Assembly (NCBI GenBank): GCA_002269645.1
Contig: NIVC01003818.1
Span: forward strand, 1-41,656
Source of the DNA: Macrostomum lignano
Taxonomy: Eukaryota
Direction: 5' to 3'
Length of the DNA: 41,656 nucleotides
The notes beneath the pieces are model-generated. The model was not told the DNA's origin, did no database searches, and was given only the letters and a program-made list of their open reading frames with translations. The translations under genes were made by a program, and so were the position numbers. Each line of letters opens with the position of its first letter. Within the stretch, counting starts at the first letter, position 1. Shown here piece after piece: positions 32,478 through 41,656 of the stretch.

Positions 32478-32886
32478 ATCCTGCGCCAGCAGTTCGTGCA
32501 CTACCCCCGCTTCCCCACGGCGCTGGATGACACCGGGCTGAAATTCCTCCAGCTGTCGCACACCGAGTGGAACGACGCCCAGAACAAAGAGCTGCTGCTG
32601 AAAAAATGGTCCGAGGCTCTGGGCGACTTCAGCTTTCTCTGCCCGACCCTCTACGCCCTGTTCGATGATGACAGGCCGCAGCCGGGAGAGGACATGAACG
32701 CCTACCTGTACTACTTCGGTGCTCCGGACCCGTTTAGGGACAACGAGGCGCCCGGACACGTCAACGATGTGCGCTACTTCCTTGGCGTCCCGGACGGCCC
32801 TGGCCTCCCGTACCCGAGCGAGCACAACGAGCTGGCCAAGCGCATGATGGAGGATCTGGCCAACTTTGTCACCACCGGAAGGCCGA
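32478..32886 (+). CDS. Cholinesterase-like gene exon 2 (domain A1 C-terminal part)
   Basis: Acceptor CCGCAG|ATC; GDFSFLCP, GHVNDVRYFLG, FVTTGRP; donor A|GTGAGG (phase 1). Confidence 0.85.
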
Positions 32887-33067
32887 GTGAGGAAATTGTT
32901 TAGAATATGAATTTCAAAGGAAACAGCCCATTCCAGTAAATGTCAAATCCTCCTAGAATGAACTGAATTTCCTGCCATTCCTACAGCAGTGGGTAATCCA
33001 ACTCACACCCACTCTCATTGCCTCCTTTGCATTCTTATGACGAATTTTTCGCGGACTCTCAGCCCAG

Positions 33068-33574
33068 TCAAACCCAGCGCTAAATGGCAACCCCGGGATT
33101 TCACACACACAGACAACAACTGGCGCAGCGTGATCGCCGGGGACTGGAACTACAACAGCTACCTGCCGGTGCAGGACCCCGGCCTCTACGGCTTAACTGG
33201 CGGCTTCGCCATCCGCCGCTGCCGCTGGTGGTACGACACCCTCAGCTTCGTGAACCGCCTCGTGCCGGGCGACTCTGCAAAGCCGATGAGCCCGCTGCGG
33301 CAGGACCCGTTTCTGCTGGACGGCAGCACCATCGGTGCGGCGCCGGCCCGCTCGAAGCCGCAGCAAGAGGCTGCCGCCAACAATTTCCAGCCCACATCCG
33401 CGCAAATCATTGACAATGCCACTGTGGAGCTCACCGAGGTCGGCGCCACTGTCAGGGGGCACCGGCTCTCCGCGAACGGGAAGGAGATTGAGCGATTCCT
33501 CGGCATTCCGTACGCGCAGCCGCCAACCGGCGATCTGCGATTCGCGAAGCCGGCTCTGAAGGACATTGCGAACG
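33068..33574 (+). CDS. Exon 3 (end of A1, linker, start of domain B1)
   Basis: Acceptor CCCAG|TC restores TGRPIKPSAKWQP; RCRWW; ERFLGIPYAQPPTGDLRFAKP; donor G|GTGAGT (phase 1). Confidence 0.82.
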
Positions 33575-33909
33575 GTGAGTTACATTAAACATTGCAGCTG
33601 CAAGAAAAAGAGGCAGATCAAGGTTTTCGGTCCGAAAGTCAAACCCACAAGCAAAGATGAGAAAAAATATTCTGACAATTCAGCAGAATAAGCCAGCTCA
33701 TTTTTTTATAAAACAGTTTGCAGACTACAAAATTTCGCTTAGCCAAATCCAACGAAATTTCGTTACATCCAACGAAAGCCTTCTACTGCCAAAATGCTAT
33801 TAAATAATTGCTAGCAATTATTTCCTATCTTCCTATATCTCATATTTCCCATATCTTCCTATCTCGCCATATCTCGAAATTTGGAGGATTTTCATGTGTA
33901 GCGTCCCGC

Positions 33910-34640
33910 TGCTGCAGTTGTTCATGTACCTGTGCAATATTAACAGTTGTTCATGTACCTGTGCAATATGAACAGTTGTTCATGTACCTGTGCAATATAA
34001 ACAGTTGTTGATGTACCTGTGCAATATGAACAGTTGTTCATGTACCTGTGCAATATAAACAGTTGTTGATGTACCTGTGCAATATTAACAGTTGTTAATG
34101 TACCTGTGCAATATGAACAGTTGTTCATGTACCTGTGCAATATTAACAGTAGTTCATGTACCTGTGCAATATGAACAGTTGTTCATGTACCTGTGCAATA
34201 TGAACAGTTGTTCATGTACCTGTGCAATATGAACAGTTGTTGATGTACCTGTGCAATATGAACAGTTGTTCATGTACCTGTGCAATATGAACAGTTGTTC
34301 ATGTACCTGTGCAATATTAACAGTAGTTCATGTACCTGTGCAATATTAACAGTTGTTCATGTACCTGTGCAATATTAACAGTTGTTCATGTACCTGTGCA
34401 ATATTAACAGTTGTTCATGTACCTGTGCAATATGAACAGTTGTTCATGTACCTGTGCAATATGAACAGTTGTTCATGTACCTGTGCAATATTAACAGTAG
34501 TTCATGTACCTGTGCAATATTAACAGTTGTTCATGTACCTGTGCAATATTAACAGTAGTTCATGTACCTGTGCAATATGAACAGTTGTTCATGTACCTGT
34601 GCAATATGAACAGTTGTTCATGTACCTGTGCAATATTAAT
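33910..34640 (+). repeat. 29-bp minisatellite (TGTACCTGTGCAATAT[G/T]AACAGTTGTTCA), about 25 copies, in intron 3
   Basis: Direct periodicity. Confidence 0.96.
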
Positions 34641-35626
34641 CAAGGACCACTAGCAGTATATATACTCAGCAACATCGAAAAGTCGCCATCACAGATCCGT
34701 CTGTGATCGCCGCTTTTGAGAGTGCAGGTAGTCTCTCAATCTTTGCGAGTGACGCAACTTAAATACGCCGCGGCAGACTTGAGTTGAGAAATGAAGTGGG
34801 GGAGCTGTGTGCGAGGGTTGGACGGATTAAAGCTACCCCGATGAGTTTTCTCGCATCTTTTATTTCAGAATGGTCCAAGAGAAATTGCTCACTGGCGCAT
34901 AGAGTGGCGACTTTTCAATGTTGCTGAGTATACTTCTTAGAACATTTGAATTTTGCTCCAATGTTAGAAAATTTTCAAGCGCGCAGCGACACAAACTCAG
35001 CTGGCCCGCAGGCATAAAAACCCTGCCGAGGGAGGGGGGTGGGCGCAAGCCGGGGGTTGGCGGTGTACACAAAACCCGGTTAGTGCTGGCAGCACAAACC
35101 AGTTCAGAAGGTCTGTGCAGAGGACGGCGTGTGGCTGAGGCTGACTCAAGCCAGACAACTGTCTCAGTCTGCCTGCGCGAGGTTTGACCCCCACTTTTAG
35201 TGTGTCACAAGACACTTTCAAAACGAGAAAAATTCGTCGAAATAAATTTCTTAGGAAAAATCACAAATAAAAATCACAATACCAACAACTTGTAAAGCCG
35301 CATTGGATAAAAGCATGCTGGCTTCAATTAATTTATCACCGGTAGTATGGAAGGTACGCTCGTAGTTTTGGGCTACAGGCTCTTAATGACTCCATCATTA
35401 GTTTGAAATGGCACTGGGTCTTCAAGTAAATTTATTAAAGCCTTTCGATTTACGCTCAAAACAGAAAAATGCACTTTTAGATTTTATCAGCGACCTTCCA
35501 ATGTCAGAATCTTCCAGATAGTTCCGACTTCTGCCCCTTCTGCAAGCTGTAGAAGTCCTTTCCTCAATTCCAAAAGCACTCCTGTTGAGCATCGCATAAT
35601 TCTTATTTCTTCAATTTACTTTGCAG

Positions 35627-36483
35627 CTACCATCGATGCGCAAACGATGCCTAAGGCGTGTCCGCAGGCGTGGAATACGACCTTGGAAGAGGACGAGGAC
35701 TGCCTCTACCTCAACATCTGGACTCCGAGACCTAGCCTGACAGCCAATGAGTCTCAGCAGGTCCCCGTACTGGTGTACATTCACGGTGGCTTCTTCGAAG
35801 TCGGAGGCATCAACGATCCGTACCGGAGTGGCGAGAAGATTGTCGAGCTGCAGGACGTCGTCGTGGTTACCATCGGCTACCGACTGGGAGTTCTGGGATT
35901 CCTGCCCTTCTCGGCCGAGGGCAGCCGCGGAAACTTTGGCCTCTTCGATCAGGAGATGGCGCTCAAATGGGTGGAGGCGAATATTCACCACTTCGGTGGC
36001 AACGCCAGTCTCATCACCGCCGTGGGCGACGACGCCGGAGCCGTGTCCATTGGCTACCACCTGATCCGCAACGAGACCCGGATCTCCAGGGTGATTCTCC
36101 AGACGGGCAGTCCGTCTATGGCCTATCCCCTGAACAACGACACCGATGGCACCCGCATGCGCATCGAACAATACCTGCAGCTAATGGGATGCAACAACAG
36201 CACCACGGACGCCCAGTTGGCTTGCATGCGGGCCAAGTCCGTGTCGGATATCAACAGTGTCTACACTAACGAGTTCGCCAACAAGTTCGGTCCGGAGGCC
36301 CTGGTCACAGTCGACGGAGACTTTCTCAAGGAGGACCCGTGGCATTCGGTGCAGCAGGGCGACATGTCCCAGGTGCCCATGATCGTCGGATTTGTCGACA
36401 GGCCGGGAAATGAGATCATCAACCGCAGGATTCGCTTCGGCGAGCTGGACTTGGCAAACATTTCTTATGATGAAGTGCTGCAG
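35627..36483 (+). CDS. Exon 4 (domain B1 core)
   Basis: Acceptor TTGCAG|CT; CPQ..EDCLYLNIW, HGGFF, GNFGLFDQ, ITAVGDDAG; donor CAG|GTAAGG (phase 0). Confidence 0.9.
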
Positions 36484-36564
36484 GTAAGGCCTCTAAAATA
36501 TGTGGGTGAGTTTTATAAGTACTCGTAGATGAATAATTCACTATGCAACCATAAACACTTGCAG

Positions 36565-36847
36565 AACATCGTTAACGCATCATACTACAACCCGAGGCTA
36601 CCTAAGGAGCTGAAGCAGCCCGGAGCCACGCTGATCGGGATGCAATACCGACCGCCGCTTCTGCATAGGCAGGTGCTGATTGACAGCCTTAGTGAGGCCT
36701 ATAGTGACCGCTTCTACACCTGCGGAAACAACGAATACCTGCAGCAAGTGATCTCTAAGCGGCATCCGCTTGATGCATTCCTATATCACTATGTGTTCTC
36801 CGAGAAGTCCAATGTTGAAAATATTACATCCGATGGAGCAAGCTTGT
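36565..36847 (+). CDS. Exon 5 (domain B1)
   Basis: Acceptor TTGCAG|AAC; SDRFYTCG, FLYHYVF; donor T|GTAGGT (phase 1), at the position homologous to the exon 10 donor. Confidence 0.82.
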
Positions 36848-36944
36848 GTAGGTGCCATTTTATTGCATTTTTATTAGCAGCCGAAAAAAAATCAATCCAA
36901 AAAAACCAAATAAATCAATATATATTCACAAATCTACTCTACAG

Positions 36945-38299
36945 CCGAGGACACCTTCTATCTCTTCGGAAATCCTTTGCAAGGACCTGAGTGGAACGAT
37001 GAACAGAAGAGTCTGTCCGAAAAGATGATCGAATTATTCACGCACTTCGCCGAGACAGGAAATCCCAATCCTGAAAACAGTCTCGACCTGTGGTGGGAGT
37101 ACACGGCAAATCTAAAGCCCTACCTTGTGCTCGATGCGCAGGTGCACAATGTGTCGGTAAATTGGGGCTTCCGGATTAACGACTGCGGATTCTGGCAGGA
37201 GGTTCTTCCCTACGTCAATGAGCTGAAGGAGCCGCCGGAACCAACCAGGCCTCCGATCGGACCAGAGGGAGAAATTATCGATGAAATCATCATTGAAATC
37301 GACCTCGGAAGAACGCAAAACAGGATCAGCATCGCCGGAGACGTGGTTCGACTAGCAAACGGAAAGATCATCAAGCGATTCCTGGGTCTGCCCTATGCGG
37401 AAATGCCTCTCACTCGGTGGAGCTACGCTTCATTTCCGAAGGGTGGCAACTACACAGCGAAGTCTATGCCACCAGCCTGTCCGCAAACCATCAATCCAGT
37501 TCCGGAAAGAAGCATGTCTGAGGATTGTCTGTACATAAACGTCTTTTTTCCAAACGATACTTCAACGACGTACCCGACAGTAGTGTTCCTGCACGGTGGG
37601 AACTACACGAGTGGAGCTAACAGTCTGCCAGAGTATCGAGGTGAGCAGCTTCTCGAGAACGAGGACGTTATTCTCATCACCGTCAACTACCGACTGGGCG
37701 CGCTCGGCTTCCTGTTCCTGGACGACGAGAAGCTGCCCGGAAACTTCGGTCTGATGGACCAACGGCTCGCTCTCGACTTCATCCAAAGAGTGATTCCCTT
37801 TTTTGGAGGCAGCAGGACGCAGATCACTCTGATGGGTCACGGGACGGACGCCGCGTCGGCCGGCTTCCATGCTGTCACGGATTCGAAGGACTTCTTCGAC
37901 CGGATGATCTTGATGGGCGGATCTCCGTCGATGCCGCTGGCTTGGTCGAGCTCGACTCAGAAGGTTCTTGAAGATAGCGAGCATTTTGTCAATGTTCAAC
38001 TCGAATGCGCAAGAGGCCCACTTGATTCGGTTTTGGAGTGTCTGAGAAATCTTACATTGGATAAGATCATGACGGAACAGCTGAACATGCAGCACTCGAG
38101 AGATCACTTGGTATTCCTGCCCGTGTTCAATCAGTCGTTTTTTAACTACACGCACCCGTACGACGCTTGGTCCAAGGGCGAGATGGACAAGCCGTACATG
38201 ACAGGCGTGGGCTCAGACTCTGGTCGCTACTACATCGAGCAGTCGCTGGCTCGACGGAACATCTCCTGGGAGTCGCTGAACCGAACTATTTTCGAAAGG
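36945..38299 (+). CDS. Exon 6 (end of B1, Pro-rich linker, most of domain A2)
   Basis: Acceptor CTACAG|CC; EDTFYLFGNP, DCGFW, PTRPPIGPEG; RFLGLPYA, SEDCLYINV, ITLMGHGTD; donor AGG|GTAAGA (phase 0). Confidence 0.9.
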
Positions 38300-38394
38300 G
38301 TAAGAAAAACTAACTGTTTTGAGCTATTTAAAATAACGGAAAACATAATAACTCATTGAGAATATGATTGAAATGCAAATGGCAAACGTTCCAG

Positions 38395-38794
38395 ATCGTG
38401 GAGCTGCAGTTTAACTACTTCCCCCGCTTCCCGGAGAGGAACACGGCTACCGGAATTCAATTCCTCAAGCTGGCCCTCACTGAGTGGAACTACTACGACT
38501 ACAACAAGCGGATCAAGGCTATCTGGTCCAGGGCGATGGGTGACTTTAACTTTCTGTGCCCCATCTGGGAGGCCACGAGCGACCTACTGAGGGCCAAACA
38601 GCACGACATTCACATGTACTACATAGATGTGGAGGACCCGTTGCGGGTACAGGAGGATCTGATCGGTGCTGACCACTGGGGCGACATCCGCTACCTGTTT
38701 GGCGAGCCGCTCAGGAAGGATTTGTACCCGGAGGTTCACAAGAACCTTTCCCGACTGATGATGCACGACTTTGTCCAGTACATTGGGGGATCAG
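38395..38794 (+). CDS. Exon 7 (domain A2 C-terminal part)
   Basis: Acceptor TTCCAG|ATC; GDFNFLCP, DHWGDIRYLFG; donor G|GTGAGA (phase 1). Confidence 0.86.
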
Positions 38795-39219
38795 GTGAGA
38801 GCCAAAAAACGTTAGGGAAGCGTAGTACGATTTTATTTTCAATTATTTCCTATTTCAAAGAAAGACTTTCGTCAGCAGAATTTCTGCATAAGAAGAAAAA
38901 CAGAAGATAGGAGTAAAGAAAACCTGGACCACTGACTTTTAAACCGAAATGCATATTGTGTCCATCTTAAATGCTTGGTTGGCCATAAATTCAATTTAAG
39001 CATCGTACTCGTAGCGTAGTTTTAAACAGTGTTTTAATCAAAGTTTGAAAAAATATTTTTGTACGAGCTAGCTATTGACTACCAATATGCAAGAAAAGTT
39101 TAAAAAAATCAGACATATCGATCATGCTGTTCTGTAGAGTTTGTTTAAATGACCACTTGATAGTGCTCATATTAAGTGCTGTTTTCATGTACAGAGCAAG
39201 CTGTCTTCCCAATTTGCAG

Positions 39220-39689
39220 CACCATCTCACTGGAATGCAACAAGCCAGGAGACGTCAGACTTTCTACTGTACGACATCCTGCAAACGGACTCCGGCGGTC
39301 CGGGAAACCTGGTCTCTGTCATGGTGCCGGACGGTTTCGGCCTGAACACTGGCCGGTGCCCGCTCTGGAAAAACGAGCTGCCCTACGTCAAATCGTTTGT
39401 CAGCGCCCCCTTCCAGGAAGAAGAGACTTCGAAAATAACGTCAGTGCAAGCAGAAAGCGACCAGCAATCGGAAAGACCAGCAGCGTAAAAGACGAATCGG
39501 AGTTTAATCTCTACGAAGTCGTGTCGAACTATACTGTGGACGTTCCCGGCTTCGGCAAGGTGACGGGGCAGACCATCATGACTCTGTCGAACAATATCAC
39601 CATGTCCCAGTTTCTCGGAGTTCGGTATGCGCAGCCGCCTGTCGGAAATCGTCGATTGGCAAAGCCAGTGAAGCCACATACAACATCAG
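39220..39689 (+). CDS. Exon 8 (end of A2, linker, start of B2); contains a frame break at about 39480-39488
   Basis: Acceptor TTGCAG|CA; frame 1 gives GFGLNTGRCPLWKNELPYV up to TAA at 39486. FLGVRYAQPPVGNRRLAKP is in another frame. Donor G|GTGCAC (phase 1). Confidence 0.72.
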
Positions 39690-39783
39690 GTGCACATTTT
39701 CATTAATTTTGAGCCAAATTTATAATAGTTACTCCATATAAAACAATGCATTTAACCTAAACATTTTTATATCTCAATTCCAG

Positions 39784-40634
39784 ACTCAAAGCATTTGGCA
39801 CTGACAATGCCGCCAATGTGCATCCAGAGAGAGCATCACAACCGGAACATGTCTGAGGATTGTCTCTACCTCAATATTTGGACTCCAAGACGCGCTGGCA
39901 GGAACGTGAATGACATCCCCGTGCTTGTTTTTATTCATGGAGGCTTTTTTGAAGTCGGAGGTATTAGCGAGGATCGCTGGCAGGGAAGCATGATCTTGGA
40001 TCACTACGATGCAGTCGTGGTTACCATGAACTACCGACTTGGAGCTTTCGGCTTCCTGTCACTCGACAACAAGGAGGTGATCGGAAACTACGGTCTGTGG
40101 GATCAGGAGATGGCCTTGCAGTGGGTGGCCGATAACATTGAGAGCTTCGGCGGCAACAAGAACCGCATCACCCTGATGGGCGTGGAGGCTGGCGCCGTGT
40201 CGATCGGTTACCACATGGCCAGGCCAAAGCAGAACCGGTTTCACCAGGTCGTCCTCATGACCGGCTCTCCGTACATGTCCTACCCGCTGTCGGATGACAT
40301 TGAGGAAGTGCGTGACCTGCAATACAGCTTTTTGCGAAGACTGCGATGCCCAGTCGACCCAGCTGAAGCTCTAGAGTGCATTCGGAGTCAACCGGCTGAT
40401 TCAATTAATGAGCAGCAGGACGTGTTCCAGCAACTGTTCCAGCGGCTTGAATTCCCACCCATTATTGATGGCGACTTCATCAGGTTGGATCCTTGGACGA
40501 TGGACCCGAGCACACTGATGCAGGTGCCCATGATATTCGGAGGAGTGGACCGACCTGGAAACACGTTTATCGAAAGACTGGTGGACACTGAGATCCTTGT
40601 GCCAGAGAACTTTAGTCATAACGCGTACTTAACG
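39784..40634 (+). CDS. Exon 9 (domain B2 core)
   Basis: Acceptor TTCCAG|AC; SEDCLYLNIW, HGGFF, GNYGLWDQ, ITLMGVEAG; donor ACG|GTGAGT (phase 0). Confidence 0.9.
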
Positions 40635-40886
40635 GTGAGTAATTATCTTTAAAGTTTTATGCAATCTGAAAATTCAATTGTGTCAGGAATTTCACTCACG
40701 TATTTTTTACCTATAAAGACAACATTTATCAAAGTTTTCTTACGTACGAGCTATCAATAAATAAAAAGTAATGGATGCCCTTTAATAGCTCGTACTCATA
40801 ATGTTAATATTTTTTGCTCAGGACGTCTCAAAAACCGCACACTTTAATTCAATCCAAAAGAACAAGTCGGTACTCTGAACTTTTAG

Positions 40887-41175
40887 ATTCTGCAAAGCAT
40901 GAACGAATTCTTCCCGAGATACCCCAAGAGCATGACTGTGTCCGGGCGGACGGGCCTGCGCAACCACTTCATGCAGTACAACGGACAGGGCAATTTTGAG
41001 CGGGATCTCAGAGACCTAGGACTAGCGCTCAGCGATCGCTACTTCACCTGCGCGAATAACAAGTTCCTTGATGCGTACTCCAAAGCCTCGGGCAAGCCTG
41101 TTTACAATTATCTGTTCACTGAGGGCAAGGAATACAAGGGAGACACAGAGCTTCCCCTGCAGCATGCAAGTCTTT
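40887..41175 (+). CDS. Exon 10 (domain B2)
   Basis: Acceptor TTTTAG|ATT; SDRYFTCA, VYNYLF; donor T|GTGAGT (phase 1). Confidence 0.86.
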
Positions 41176-41297
41176 GTGAGTCGAAAGCTGCAGTATTGAT
41201 TTTCGTTTTCTCTCACAGCATTTTAAAGTCAAACTGCTTAAGCTCGTAAACTTAAAAGCTTAAGAATCTGCAACACTTATTAATTTTTCCCTTTCAG

Positions 41298-41656
41298 TCG
41301 AGGACGCATTCTATGTGTTCGGCAATCCCTCCAGCCCCGGTCCAATTGTGCCAGACCAACAGCGGCGGCTGTCCGACGCCATCATGCACGCCATCGTTCA
41401 GTTTGCTCGAACCGGCCGTCCATCCGACCTTTTGAAATGGGACCCGTACGACTCTGAGAAGAAGTCACATCTGCTGCTCGACGCCGACCATCTCCCTCCG
41501 ACGATGTATCCTGATGGGTACAGGAGACAGGAGTGCGGCTTCTGGGACCACACTTTACCGTTCGTCAACAGCCTGAACGACACTGCGCCGCCGCCGACCA
41601 GACCTCCGATCGGTCCCGATGGCGGCATTATTGAGGAAATCATCATTGAAATCGAC
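41298..41656 (+). CDS. Exon 11 (end of B2 and second Pro-rich linker); open at the window edge
   Basis: Not in the ORF track. Acceptor TTTCAG|TC; EDAFYVFGNP, FARTGRP, ECGFW, PPPTRPPIGPDGGIIEEIIIEID; no stop before 41656. Confidence 0.88.

Overview
Eukaryotic (animal) genomic DNA: GT-AG spliced genes with GC-rich third codon positions, many minisatellites, and a dense nest of transposons. The style suggests a free-living invertebrate such as a macrostomid flatworm, but that is inference only. 1-7.8 kb holds two apparently intronless orphan ORFs (one with four TM helices), a tRNA-derived CORE-SINE and several minisatellites. 7.9-10.7 kb (minus strand) holds five exons of a p70 S6 kinase; splicing them by hand gives a Q/K-rich tail ending in a CaaX box (AKCGLM*), in a frame the ORF track misses. 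12.4-19.7 kb is a nest in which an RTE-type LINE carries a Mag-like Ty3/Gypsy element and two solo LTRs of a second family. The 1.5 kb between the two inverted solo LTRs is flipped, as shown by swapped 4-bp target-site duplications. 20.3-28.8 kb is a decayed, intron-containing Crypton-type tyrosine recombinase element, interrupted by an apparently full-length LOA/R1-like non-LTR retrotransposon with an intact EN-RT-RNase H ORF2. 30.8 kb to the window end is the best novelty candidate: one signal peptide followed by at least four tandem cholinesterase-like domains in an (A-B)n arrangement. All four lack the catalytic Ser, the intron pattern repeats per module, and a conserved linker leads into a probable fifth domain beyond the window.
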